Position numbers and translations under genes: made by a program. The notes beneath the pieces are model-generated. The model did not search any database, was not told the origin of the DNA, and was given only the letters and a program-made list of their open reading frames with translations. A stretch of DNA of 64,000 nucleotides from positions 376,729 to 440,728 of the forward strand of contig CBDFKV010000006.1 in assembly GCA_965249035.1 (NCBI GenBank), given 5' to 3'. Source of the stretch: Candidatus Poriferihabitaceae bacterium (lineage in GTDB: Bacteria; Pseudomonadota; Gammaproteobacteria; Arenicellales; Poriferihabitantaceae). This document shows positions 28,309 to 38,054 of this stretch, piece by piece. The first letter of the stretch is position 1. Each line of letters opens with the position of its first letter.

Positions 28309-29676
28309 TTAGGCACGCTCGAAGCCACGCGCAACTTCCCAGTCGGTCACCCGACGGTCAAATGCTTCCTGCTCCCATTCAGCCGCTCGCACGTAGTGGT
28401 CGATCACTTCATCACCAAATGCTGCGCGTAACATGATCGAGTCTCTCAGCGTATCGGTTGCTGAGCGCAGCGTCGTTGGAATCGAACGCGCGCTCTCGGC
28501 CGCATAGGCATCACCCTTAAATTCAGGCTCAAGCTTGCGCGAGTTTTCTATCCCATCCAGTCCCGCCGCAATCAGTGCAGCCATGGCGAGATAAGGGTTC
28601 AAATCTGAACCACCGACCCGGCACTCTATTCGAATCGCATTGCTATCCTGCCCACAAATTCGATACCCAGCGGTGCGATTATCCAGCGACCAAATCGCTT
28701 TGGTCGGCGCAAAAGTACCTTCGGCAAAGCGTTTGTAGCTATTGATGTAGGGCGCCAAAAAATAGGTAATATCAGAGGCGTTATGCAGCAACCCTGCCAA
28801 ATAGTCGCGCATCAAGTCTGACATGCCATATTCACCCTTAGCATCGGCAAACAAGGATTTGCCATCAAGCGACCATAGGGACTGATGCACGTGAGAAGAC
28901 GAACCCGCCGCATCATTATTCCACTTGGCCAAAAAGGTCACTGATTTTCCTTGCTGGTGCGCAATTTCTTTGCAGGCATTTTTTGTAAAAACATGACCAT
29001 CAGCCGTATCTAAAGCGCCGGCGTACTTAATGTTGATTTCTTCCTGCCCGGCGCTGGCCTCTCCTTTAGAACACTCAACCACCACCCCCGCACCGTGCAA
29101 TCCATTGCGAATCGCGCGCATCAGCTCTTCTTCTTTTGAGGTTTGGAAAATGTGGTAGTCCTCATTATACGCACTGACTAAACTTAGGTCGTCATACCCC
29201 AATGCACACGCTTCGGCATACGCTTCTTCAAAGATAAAAAACTCCAGTTCAGTCGCCATCATCGCAGTCATACCCGCTTTTTCAAGGCGCTGCAATTGAC
29301 GCTTTAATACTGCGCGTGGCGAGTGTGGCACGTCTTTATGGGTGTGATGATCCAGCACATCACAAAACACCAGCGCAGTGCCCTCAAGCCAAGGGACATG
29401 GCGCAATGTCTCTAAATCGGGCTTCATCACATAATCGCCATAGCCCGCCTCCCAACTGGTGGAGCGATAGCCTTGCACCGTCTCCATTTCCATATCGGTC
29501 GCCAGCAAATAATTACAGCTGTGCGTTTCTTCCCAGGCGCTGTCGATAAAAAACTGTGCGTGAAAACGCTTTCCCATCAAGCGCCCTTGCATATCAACTT
29601 GCACGGTTAATACGGTATCGATCTCCCCTGACGCGACAGCGGCTTTAAGCGCCTTAAATGTTAAATTTCCAGACAT
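28309..29676 (-). CDS. Glutamine-synthetase-family protein (gamma-glutamyl-amine synthetase, PuuA/IpuC-like)
   Basis: 455 aa. GS catalytic-domain blocks are present (ATELEFFIF, GSSSHVHQSLW, NSYKRF, DLNPYLAMAALIAAGLDGI). Confidence 0.75.
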   Translation of the reverse strand: MSGNLTFKALKAAVASGEIDTVLTVQVDMQGRLMGKRFHAQFFIDSAWEETHSCNYLLATDMEMETVQGYRSTSWEAGYGDYVMKPDLETLRHVPWLEGTALVFCDVLDHHTHKDVPHSPRAVLKRQLQRLEKAGMTAMMATELEFFIFEEAYAEACALGYDDLSLVSAYNEDYHIFQTSKEEELMRAIRNGLHGAGVVVECSKGEASAGQEEINIKYAGALDTADGHVFTKNACKEIAHQQGKSVTFLAKWNNDAAGSSSHVHQSLWSLDGKSLFADAKGEYGMSDLMRDYLAGLLHNASDITYFLAPYINSYKRFAEGTFAPTKAIWSLDNRTAGYRICGQDSNAIRIECRVGGSDLNPYLAMAALIAAGLDGIENSRKLEPEFKGDAYAAESARSIPTTLRSATDTLRDSIMLRAAFGDEVIDHYVRAAEWEQEAFDRRVTDWEVARGFERA

Positions 29677-29967
29677 GATGGACTCTCGTGTTTTACTGAT
29701 TCAGTTTAACTCGAACAATCAGTGCGAGCGACTATGGCCGCCTTTATTTTTATAAAACTGATGTTGCTCACTAAATAGTGAATCTACACCTTTTGAGCTA
29801 CCTTCTACCAGCACAATTTGCCCCCATATTATTAATCTTCTCCCAAGAACAGAACCCAGCACCCCTCAATGAAACATTGCACTGATTACCAAGAGAAACG
29901 CCAATTACCTGTAAATATTAATCCGGCAGCATAATGTCGGCCAATATAAGCGTTGGTCATCGCGTAT

Positions 29968-31384
29968 ATGGTCTCCTCCCGAATTGCAAGGTAGAAAAGA
30001 GCTAATGACAGGGATAGATTGCATGCGTATATCCGGTCTTAGAATGAGCAGTTTGTTGCTCTGACCTTGATGTAATCTGCCCATACCGTCCCTTACGAGC
30101 GTCCGAACTCGAGGTTCATCGCGATGATCGGGTTTCCGGTATGTAGGTTTGACCTTATGTGTCATCTTTCTCATTCAACTTCGCAATTTCTGGCAAGAAA
30201 CAGTTTGCTAAAATATGGCTTGTGCTTTGGTGTGGATCGTATTGAACAGGGTTTAATTAGTCTGCAGATGAAATCTGGCTGCAAAGTGTGGGTCATAGTC
30301 GGTGCCATAGCGAATCACCGCCCAGCCGATACGGACCATCTTGTTTGCATAGGCGACGATGGCTTTATGAATGCCAACGCGCAGAACCAATTGCCGTAAC
30401 CAGAGGTTTAATGGGTCTTGCTTATCGCCGATATTACTGACGACCGATCGAGCCCCATGTATGACGAGACTGCGTAGTCTGCTATTGCCGCGCTTACTGA
30501 TGCCCAGCAAGACCTCTCTACCGCCACTGCTATGCTGGGCAGGCACGACACCTAATGAAGCTGAGGCATCCCGACCTTTGCTAAACTGCTGCCCATCGCC
30601 AATGTGGCTTAAGAAAGCACTGGCAACAATGGGCCCATATCCGGGAATGTTATTCAGTTGCTTGCAGGCCGGGGAGTCACGATTAATGCGTTTGATTTGT
30701 TGATCATACGCAGCGAGGCATTTGTCCAGGTGCTGCAGATAGGCATAGTCCTGATGCAAGACCAGCATAAACCCTTGGCTGAATAGCTGGCCAGTATTCT
30801 CCAACAACTCAGGTAAGGCTCGTTTCAGATTATTGATACCTTTTCGGATAACCAAGCCTCGTTCTGTCAACATTGCACGAATGCGATTGCAGTGTTGAGT
30901 TCGTGCATCAATGACTTGCTGGCGCTTGTACACAATCAGGGCTTGGTCTTGCTGCTCAATCGTCTTGATGCGAACACAACGCATTTCTGGGCGAGCCACT
31001 GCTTCGGCAATAGCCAACGCATCGTTGTAATCATTTTTGTTGCCGCGAAGGTACGCTTTGACATGCTGCGCGGGGATAAGCTTGACTGTATGCCCGAGTT
31101 TGTCGAGTTCTCGTGCCCAATGGTGGGAGCCAGAACAGGCTTCCATACCGACCAGACAAGCTGGGATATTGGCGAAAAAATTAAGCAGCTGGGCTCGTCG
31201 TAACATTTTCCGGTTAACGATCTTACCCCGCTGATCACAGCCTACCAGATGAAAAACAGACTTTGCAGTATCCAGGCCGATTGTTGTAATCTTGTTCATG
31301 GTCTTCTTCCTCTCTGATGAGTGTTAGGTTCAATCTCTCCATCATGGCACTTTTGATGCCGACTAAAAAGAGGGAGGAGACCAT
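29968..31384 (-). mobile_element. IS110-family (IS1111-type layout) insertion sequence; coordinates are the subterminal inverted repeats, so the true ends may lie a few nt outside
   Basis: atggtctcctccc (29968-29980) is the exact reverse complement of gggaggagaccat (31372-31384). The flank upstream of tnp is 72 nt and the non-coding region downstream of tnp is 272 nt. Confidence 0.7.
30253..31299 (-). CDS. IS110-family DEDD transposase/recombinase
   Basis: 348 aa. IGLDTAKSVFHLVG.D..GK, VGMEACSGSHHWAREL, NKNDYNDALAIAEA and LGISKRGNSRLRSL are colinear with IS5075/IS4321-type proteins as I remember them. Confidence 0.85.
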   Translation of the reverse strand: MNKITTIGLDTAKSVFHLVGCDQRGKIVNRKMLRRAQLLNFFANIPACLVGMEACSGSHHWARELDKLGHTVKLIPAQHVKAYLRGNKNDYNDALAIAEAVARPEMRCVRIKTIEQQDQALIVYKRQQVIDARTQHCNRIRAMLTERGLVIRKGINNLKRALPELLENTGQLFSQGFMLVLHQDYAYLQHLDKCLAAYDQQIKRINRDSPACKQLNNIPGYGPIVASAFLSHIGDGQQFSKGRDASASLGVVPAQHSSGGREVLLGISKRGNSRLRSLVIHGARSVVSNIGDKQDPLNLWLRQLVLRVGIHKAIVAYANKMVRIGWAVIRYGTDYDPHFAARFHLQTN

Positions 31385-31390
31385 TACATC

Positions 31391-31439
31391 GAGCGTAGCG
31401 CGGCGATCTGTCGGTTTAGATTGCCGCGTCGCTACGCTC
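31391..31439. other. GC-rich extended hairpin immediately outside the IS110-family element (REP-like or target-site structure)
   Basis: gagcgtagcg (31391-31400) pairs perfectly with cgctacgctc (31430-31439). There is additional inner pairing, cggc/gccg. Confidence 0.6.
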
Positions 31440-31539
31440 CTCGCAACGACAGATGGGACGTTTCGCTCCGTACCCGGTTAATTCGCGCTGGCGGCTTGAG
31501 ATGGAGTCATGCACAATCCACTGACCACCCAGAACCCTG

Positions 31540-32784
31540 ATGAGCTCCCCTAATCCCATGTCTTCAGTTTTTGATATCGATACCGTTCGCAATGAATTTC
31601 CTGTGCTCAGCAGAGAAGTCAATGGCCGCCCCTTAGTCTATCTAGATAACGGCGCCACCACTCAAAAGCCGAACACTGTTATCGACGTGATCAACGCCTA
31701 TTATCGGCAGCAAAACTCCAATATCCACCGTGGTGTGCACACTATGAGCCAAGAGGTCACGACTCAATACGAGCAAGCGCGCGAGGCGATCCGCCAATAT
31801 ATTGGCGCCAAACACGGCCACGAAGTATTGTTCACCCAAGGCACCACCCACAGCATTAACCTGGTGGCATCGTCTTTTGGTACAGCATTTATCAACGCCG
31901 GAGACGAGATTTTAATTTCAGCAATGGAGCATCATTCCAACATCGTGCCATGGCAAATGTTATGCGAGCGAAGTGGCGCGATACTCAAAGTAATTGATAT
32001 CAACCCAGCTGGCGAATTGGATCTGGACTCGTTTGAGCAACAGCTCACAAAAAAAACCAAACTGGTCGCGATTAGTCACGTATCAAATGCGTTAGGCACG
32101 GTTAACCCCGTGAAGCAACTGATCGAACAGGCGCACCAAGTGGGCGCCAAAGTGCTGGTTGACGGCGCGCAAGGCATCCCACACTTTCCGGTTGATGTTC
32201 AAGCGCTGGACGCGGATTTTTATGCGTTTTCAGGGCACAAATTGTTTGGTCCTACCGGGGTAGGCATTTTGTACGGTAAAGAAGCACTCTTGAACGCTAT
32301 GCCACCTTACCAAGGCGGCGGCAATATGATCAAGCGCGTTACCTTTGGAAAAACCACTTATAACGATTTGCCACATAAATTTGAGCCAGGCACGCCAAAT
32401 ATTGTTGGTGGCTTGGGTTTGCACGCAGCCATTGAGTTTTTAGCAGCGCTGGATCAACCAGCCATTCAGACGCACGAACAACAATTACTGCAAACCGCGA
32501 CAGAAGGGCTCAAGCAAATTAGGGGTTGTCGCCTTATTGGTACAGCCACCAACAAAGCCAGCGTCATTTCATTTTTGGTCGACAATACCCACCCGTTTGA
32601 TGTCGGTACGCTGCTTGATCAACAAGGGGTTGCAGTGCGCACCGGGCACCATTGTTGCCAACCGCTAATGGACTATTACGGCATCCCGGGAACCATCCGC
32701 GCTTCATTTACACTCTATAATAATTTGGCCGATGTTGACGCTTTTCTGAGCGCTACCGAGCGCGCCGCCAATATGTTGCAATAG
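31540..32784 (+). CDS. sufS: Cysteine desulfurase, SufS/CsdA type
   Basis: 414 aa. It has the PLP-Lys in FSGHKLFGPTGVG and the catalytic Cys in RTGHHCCQPL. An alternative start is at 31558. Confidence 0.9.
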   Translation: MSSPNPMSSVFDIDTVRNEFPVLSREVNGRPLVYLDNGATTQKPNTVIDVINAYYRQQNSNIHRGVHTMSQEVTTQYEQAREAIRQYIGAKHGHEVLFTQGTTHSINLVASSFGTAFINAGDEILISAMEHHSNIVPWQMLCERSGAILKVIDINPAGELDLDSFEQQLTKKTKLVAISHVSNALGTVNPVKQLIEQAHQVGAKVLVDGAQGIPHFPVDVQALDADFYAFSGHKLFGPTGVGILYGKEALLNAMPPYQGGGNMIKRVTFGKTTYNDLPHKFEPGTPNIVGGLGLHAAIEFLAALDQPAIQTHEQQLLQTATEGLKQIRGCRLIGTATNKASVISFLVDNTHPFDVGTLLDQQGVAVRTGHHCCQPLMDYYGIPGTIRASFTLYNNLADVDAFLSATERAANMLQ

Positions 32785-32805
32785 CCCATAACTATCATCA
32801 TAACC

Positions 32806-33234
32806 ATGTCTACGATAAACCAAACCCAAGACGCCATCATCACAGAGTTCGGCCTATTCGATCAATGGATGGATAAATACGAATACATCATTGACCTCGG
32901 TAAAAAACTGCCGTTGATCGACCCCAGTTATAAGACCGAAGGTCATCTCATTCCTGGCTGTCAAAGCCAAGTGTGGCTGCGCGCCGAGCGTGACGGTGAT
33001 GTCATCCAGTTTACTGCTGACAGCGACGCTATCATTACTAAGGGCATCATCGCCTTATTGATCCGTGTTCTTTCGGAGCAAACCGCAAAGGCCATCAGTC
33101 AGGCGGATTTGTATTTCATCGACAAGATCGGCTTGAGCCAGCATCTCTCACCAACCCGCTCAAACGGGCTGGTCAGTATGGTGAATCAGATGAAACAAAT
33201 TGGGTTTAGTTCTCAAGGGCGATCACAGAGCTAA
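32806..33234 (+). CDS. sufE: Cysteine desulfuration (sulfur acceptor) protein SufE/CsdE
   Basis: 142 aa. It has the acceptor Cys in PGCQSQVWL and sits directly downstream of sufS. Confidence 0.85.
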   Translation: MSTINQTQDAIITEFGLFDQWMDKYEYIIDLGKKLPLIDPSYKTEGHLIPGCQSQVWLRAERDGDVIQFTADSDAIITKGIIALLIRVLSEQTAKAISQADLYFIDKIGLSQHLSPTRSNGLVSMVNQMKQIGFSSQGRSQS

Positions 33235-33254
33235 CCTTGTTGACCCAATACAGC

Positions 33255-33401
33255 TCACGTCGGGTGTCGATAGATGTAAAAAGGGTCCCCACGACATTGA
33301 ACCTCCTTTTCAAACTTCGCGCCTTTGGCTTTTGCCAGTTGAATGGAAGCCACATTTTCTGAGTGAATTACGATGTCCCTGAAAAACGGGTGACCGTCAG
33401 A
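33255..33401 (-). pseudogene. Possible 3' remnant of a GNAT acetyltransferase gene
   Basis: My translation of the - strand is SDGHPFFRDIVIHSENVASIQLAKAKGAKFEKEVQCRGDPFYIYRHPT*. It resembles a GNAT C-terminus (N.aS..L..K.GF..E), is preceded by an in-frame stop, and lies next to an IS5 end. Confidence 0.3.
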
Positions 33402-33444
33402 TCAAGTTTGAACTTCTATACCTGAGCAACTTAAACAACTGAAT

Positions 33445-34649
33445 GAGACCTCAGCATAACCGCGGGGTTTGATTGGTCTTGAAGAAATATCCTGAAAATT
33501 CTAAAAAATTAGCGAAATAAATCATTTTTATCAACATACTCGGCCTAATATTGCGATATCCGTCGCTTTTCGGCATTTTTCTTCAATTCTAGACACAACT
33601 ATCCCGCGTAACCGACATCGGGCAAACCATAAAGCATCAGAAATTTTGCGCCTTTACGTATATTGGACGCCATCGCTGCAATCCCGTAAAACGTTATATT
33701 CTTCGCTAGCCCCATATAGCGAGCTCTCGCTAAACCATAGTGTTGCTTATAGGTTGCAAAGGGGCGTTCACCGCCAGAGCGTGTAACGGCAATCTGTGCA
33801 TTACGTTTTTTATCCGACTCTGACAATGGATTATTTCGATAGCCTTTTCGTTGGACCTGATCTTCAATCCCCAAGCCTTTTAGCTTAGTCCGCGTCTCTT
33901 CAGAGCTATAGGCAGAATCTGCAAATAACGCCGCCTCATCTCCTAACAATAAGGTATCGCGTTCCTGACTATCATGCACATTGCCAGCCGTGACATTTTG
34001 ACGATGAATAAATCCATCTTCGTCCACGCCTGTATGAACTGAATAACCGTAGGTGGACTTTGCTCGGCCACGACTGTCTTTCTTTACATGCCAGTCTGCT
34101 TCCTGATCACGCGTAGGCTTACCCTCTTTATTCTTACCTGAACCAGATTGAGCCGCCTCAATGGGCGTTGCATCTATGATGTTAATGCGCCCTTCGGTCA
34201 TAATAATATTCTTAGATTCAAGTTGGCGGTTAATCTCACCCAATAATTTATCCCATAAGTCATGTTCAACGAGGTTGTTGCGAAAACGTCCCAAGGTAGA
34301 AGCTTCTGGCACCTCTGCACCTAACTCAAGATGGCAAAATTTGCGAAATAATAGATCACGATAAAGACTTTGCGCCAACTGAACGTCTGATAGTTTGTAC
34401 CATACGCCAAGCAACAAACTTCGAAACAGCGTCAGCAACGGATAACTCCGATGACCCGTGCTAGAACCATAGATTGAAGACATCAGACTTTCTAACTCCG
34501 ACCAATCCAATAATGCCTCTGTATCGTCTAGCGAGCACAAAATAGGGTGACTCATCTCCGCGCTAGAAACAAATAGTCTGGGCTGTGTTGTGAATGATTT
34601 TTGCATGCCTGATTATAACATTTAGCAACTATTCGGTGAAGATTGGCTG
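33445..34649 (-). mobile_element. IS5-family insertion sequence, copy 2, lacking the terminal ~17 bp at the transposase-proximal end
   Basis: It is colinear with copy 1 from gagacctcagcataac up to gattggctg, then diverges into the IS66-like end. The second IR is absent. Confidence 0.85.
33599..34606 (-). CDS. IS5-family DDE transposase (3 aa differences from the copy at 24666-25673)
   Basis: Direct comparison of the two 335-aa translations shows P/R at residue 53, and T/A and S/F near the C-terminus. Confidence 0.9.
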   Translation of the reverse strand: MQKSFTTQPRLFVSSAEMSHPILCSLDDTEALLDWSELESLMSSIYGSSTGHRSYPLLTLFRSLLLGVWYKLSDVQLAQSLYRDLLFRKFCHLELGAEVPEASTLGRFRNNLVEHDLWDKLLGEINRQLESKNIIMTEGRINIIDATPIEAAQSGSGKNKEGKPTRDQEADWHVKKDSRGRAKSTYGYSVHTGVDEDGFIHRQNVTAGNVHDSQERDTLLLGDEAALFADSAYSSEETRTKLKGLGIEDQVQRKGYRNNPLSESDKKRNAQIAVTRSGGERPFATYKQHYGLARARYMGLAKNITFYGIAAMASNIRKGAKFLMLYGLPDVGYAG

Positions 34650-36607
34650 TAACCGTTCACACCCCTGAGATTTCCACACGAATTTGTAACCGCCACGAGC
34701 ATGTAAAATAGCATTCTAAAGAGATTGCCGACAAAAAAACAAAAAAAGTTCTTGACACTATTTTTCGGATATTTCCTAGATTTGTGACCTACTTTTAAAG
34801 TGGCCTCAATTCTTCTTGAGAGACAATGTAAGGACTTGCGCAGGCTCGTTAATCACACGACACCTCACTCCTCGTTAAAAATAATTACGTCGCTTGAAGG
34901 TATTTTCAGACGGCAAAATTGCGCCCTGAAAACCCATGCGATAATTAAGCTAGTTAAACAACACAGGTGTGAGTTTCTTATGGTTCTTGATGATCAGGAA
35001 CTACTGCAAATCGATGAAAACTTCATCGACACGCTCTTGAAAAAAGACCCGACCGCATTGGCCGGGTTAAGCGTTACTTTGCTTAATGACCTGAAAGAAG
35101 CCCGCGAACGCCTAAATCAAAATCCTTCCAACAGCTCCAAACCTTCTAGCAGCTTGCCACCATGGGATAAAGAGGCTTCAGATGAGGAGGAGCCAGAAGC
35201 CGATCAAACCGCAGAGCCGGAATTTATCAACGACAGTGACGTCACCATGGAAGCTGACAATACGCCAGACAAAAAGAAAGATCAAAGCACAACCCAGGAT
35301 TCGACGGATCAAAAACGTCACCCTGGCCGACAACCAAATTCGCAGGGCTTTGGTCGAACCCAAAAGCTGTCGGTAAGCCACACGGCACACCACCATTGCG
35401 ATGCCTGTAGTGTTTGCAATACAAGTCTGAGCGTGGTTGAAAAAGCCTATACCGGGTTCTATAGCATTAACATTGAGTTCGGTGACGAGGCGTCACCGGG
35501 CATTCAACTAACGAATACGCACCACATTTATTATTCAGGCACCTGTCTGAATTGTGGGCTGGAAAATCGTTCGCAACCCAAGCGCGCGCCTGAAGATACG
35601 ACAAACTGGGCCGGCGTGGGAATGACCGAGTGGCGGTTGATTGGCCCTGATCTGGCTGCTTTGATCGTTTATCTGTCGATGGAAATGCGCATAACGCGCC
35701 GCAAGGTACAGCTGTTTCTGTACGACGTTCTTGGTCTGAAGTTGAGCGTTGGCACTATCCAGAACTGTATGATCGAATCTGCACGGGCACTGGCTCCGGT
35801 CGAAAACCAAGTGGTTGATGAACTACTTGGTGGGTCTTTGTTACACGCAGATGAAACCTCGCACAATGAAGCTGGCACACGCTTGTGGTTGTGGGTATTC
35901 ATCACGTCTGCAACGGCGTTATTCTTGGTCGGACCACGCAGCAAAGAAATTTTCACCCATATGCTGGAATCATCCTCGATACGGTTTGACGGCTGGCTGA
36001 TGAGCGATGGTTATCTGGTTTACCGGGACTTTGTTAATCGTTTACGCTGTTGGGCGCACCTGAAGCGTAAAGCCAAAGGGCTTGCCGAGTGTTTTACCCC
36101 AAGCTCCAGAAAATATGGAAAACAGATGCTTGAAAGTTTGAATCAGCTAATGGCCGCAGTTTATCAAGCGCGTGAAGGCCCGGATAAGGGCAAGGTCTCA
36201 ATTGCTGCCCAGCATCAGGGTGAACTTGGACGCTTGCGAGAACTTTGTGAAGTCATGTCAGCCTCTTCACATAAAAAATCACGCGAACTTGGTAGAGAAT
36301 TCCTCAACGATTGGGAGGCAATCTTTCGTGTGCTGGATTGCCCCGCATGGCCTTTGACCAACAATGAAGCCGAGCGAGCTTTACGTCACTGGGTTATCAT
36401 GCGAAAAATCACTCAGGGTACACGTTCTGAGATGGGAAGTCGGGCGCTGGCTTTGTTTGCTAGTATTATTACCACCTGTCGGTTGCGTAATGCCTCGCCT
36501 TTGCTGTACATCAAAGAGGTGATTAATATGCGTCGTCAGGAAAAAGAGGCCCCTCGATTACCTGCACCAGTTTTGCCTGGTTGAGAGAGGGGGGGGCTGA
36601 ACGGTTA
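34649..36607 (+). mobile_element. IS66-family-like insertion sequence (single-ORF type)
   Basis: The ends are gtaaccgttca... (34649) and ...tgaacggttac (to 36607), giving an 11-bp perfect terminal IR that starts with the GTAA typical of IS66. The 8-bp flanks (gattggct / ccggtgtg) show no target duplication. Confidence 0.7.
34800..36584 (+). CDS. IS66-family transposase (TnpC-like)
   Basis: It has Cys pairs (HHCDACSVCN, CLNCG) followed by LHADETS...RLWLWVF...SDGY..Y....RCWAHLKR, the IS66 DDE pattern. The more likely start is the ATG at 34980. Confidence 0.75.
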   Translation: MASILLERQCKDLRRLVNHTTPHSSLKIITSLEGIFRRQNCALKTHAIIKLVKQHRCEFLMVLDDQELLQIDENFIDTLLKKDPTALAGLSVTLLNDLKEARERLNQNPSNSSKPSSSLPPWDKEASDEEEPEADQTAEPEFINDSDVTMEADNTPDKKKDQSTTQDSTDQKRHPGRQPNSQGFGRTQKLSVSHTAHHHCDACSVCNTSLSVVEKAYTGFYSINIEFGDEASPGIQLTNTHHIYYSGTCLNCGLENRSQPKRAPEDTTNWAGVGMTEWRLIGPDLAALIVYLSMEMRITRRKVQLFLYDVLGLKLSVGTIQNCMIESARALAPVENQVVDELLGGSLLHADETSHNEAGTRLWLWVFITSATALFLVGPRSKEIFTHMLESSSIRFDGWLMSDGYLVYRDFVNRLRCWAHLKRKAKGLAECFTPSSRKYGKQMLESLNQLMAAVYQAREGPDKGKVSIAAQHQGELGRLRELCEVMSASSHKKSRELGREFLNDWEAIFRVLDCPAWPLTNNEAERALRHWVIMRKITQGTRSEMGSRALALFASIITTCRLRNASPLLYIKEVINMRRQEKEAPRLPAPVLPG

Positions 36608-38054
36608 CCCGGTGTGGGCACTCCTGCATTTCAGCCCTCGGCTTAGTCATTCGTTGATAGTTTTTCGGCCTTCGTTTCGTGCATCTCGGCTCTCTACGCC
36701 CCGGGCGTTGGTTTAGAACACTTGCGGCTAAACTATCGCAAAGCAATGCCAGCAAACGAGCCAGCTCTTTAGAACTAATTTCTGCTTTTAATAGTGGCTC
36801 CCATTGCCGTAATGTTTGAATACTTGCCTTAAAGCTGATTAAACGAACGGGAACATCGGCCTTTTCTGCTGCCCTGAGAATCAGTAAGCGCAGACAATTG
36901 TACACAATGAAATGCATCGACACTTCCTTTCGAATCATGCTTGGCGATTTGCATCTTAGTATATCCATTCCCATCGTCGTCTTAATGTCACGGAAGAACA
37001 ACTCCACATCCCACCTCTGCAAATATAAATCAGCTATCGCCTTTGCGCTATAGAGTTTGTGGTCTGTTAGTGTCGTCACAATGTAAAATGATTTGCAGCG
37101 AAAGCCAGGCTCGGTTACTGTGACTTTGATTTGCCTCAAGACAAGCTTGTCTGGTAATGCTAACCATTGTGCCTTGCTGTAACTTATTCTCTTCTGCCAT
37201 TTTGGCTTAGGCCAATAAATCAGAAGGTCATCTTCGCCTAGTATTTTATCCGCGTCTTTTGCTGTTACAGGCGTTCGTCTTGCCAACGTAATAACTGAAT
37301 CAACACCTCTTTGACTTAGTTGATGAACATCGTAATAGCTACAGAATCCCTTGTCCCCAAGGAATATATCATCTGCGTTAAACGTATCCCATTGATCACG
37401 TAAGAGGCGTAATTCATGACTCTTTTTGTTACCCATTCGGTAGCTCAACAACGCACCTGTGTGAAGATCAAAACAGGGACACAGGAATGCTTGAGGGAAT
37501 CCACAGCCTGGCTTTTGTGCCCGTGTTTGGGGCCATATTTGCTGATTCTCTATGGTGTCTGGCATACTGATGCCACTGCCGTCGACAACCACTACACGTC
37601 TATTTTGCAGGTCATTTTTGGCTGAGTACTTAGCTAAGGCCTGCGAGGTATGAGACAGAATGATTTGCAAGTCAGTTTCTTCCAACTTTGACCGAGCTTG
37701 ACAGTACGCTGAGGTAGATACTGAGGGCAGTGTTAGTGATCGGCTTGCTGCAAAGGCGTGAAATTGCCTCACCACTTCAGAGCAACCACCGTCGGAATTA
37801 AGTATTTGAGAAAAAAACCCCCAGAAAGTATTTTCTTTGCTGAACAATCTACGTCTACTTTGTAGCCCACTACGATGTGGAGCAAGCACCTGAGTTGGGA
37901 TAAAACCAGTAAAGCATTTAGCCAGTTGACTAATGGATTTCCGTTGTATTTGATGGTGTTTATCTGCCAATATTTGGCTCGCAGATCGGGGCTTTCGGCG
38001 CAACGAAGCGAGGTGAAAACCGGGCAAGAATAAGTTGGTATATTTCATGCCCAA
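36558..38054 (-). CDS. IS4-family DDE transposase; its last ~17 codons and stop lie inside the neighbouring IS66-like element
   Basis: 498 aa. It has VVVDGSGISMPD, FLGDKGFCSY and YLQRWDVELFFRDIKTTMG (the Y..R..IE...K box of the IS4 family). Confidence 0.8.
   Translation of the reverse strand: MGMKYTNLFLPGFHLASLRRKPRSASQILADKHHQIQRKSISQLAKCFTGFIPTQVLAPHRSGLQSRRRLFSKENTFWGFFSQILNSDGGCSEVVRQFHAFAASRSLTLPSVSTSAYCQARSKLEETDLQIILSHTSQALAKYSAKNDLQNRRVVVVDGSGISMPDTIENQQIWPQTRAQKPGCGFPQAFLCPCFDLHTGALLSYRMGNKKSHELRLLRDQWDTFNADDIFLGDKGFCSYYDVHQLSQRGVDSVITLARRTPVTAKDADKILGEDDLLIYWPKPKWQKRISYSKAQWLALPDKLVLRQIKVTVTEPGFRCKSFYIVTTLTDHKLYSAKAIADLYLQRWDVELFFRDIKTTMGMDILRCKSPSMIRKEVSMHFIVYNCLRLLILRAAEKADVPVRLISFKASIQTLRQWEPLLKAEISSKELARLLALLCDSLAASVLNQRPGRREPRCTKRRPKNYQRMTKPRAEMQECPHRVTVQPPPLSTRQNWCR

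Noticed and set aside
29905-30174. An 89-aa ORF (and the overlapping 91-aa + strand ORF) in the tail of the IS110-family element
   Set aside because: The composition is Arg/His-rich, there is no start context and no recognisable motif. The region is better explained as the non-coding (RNA-encoding) end of the IS.
24512-34649. The IS5 pair as a bona fide composite transposon
   Set aside because: Copy 1 carries its own 5-bp direct repeat on both sides. Copy 2 lacks its outer IR. No shared target duplication flanks the whole segment. It is kept only as a recombination-prone arrangement.
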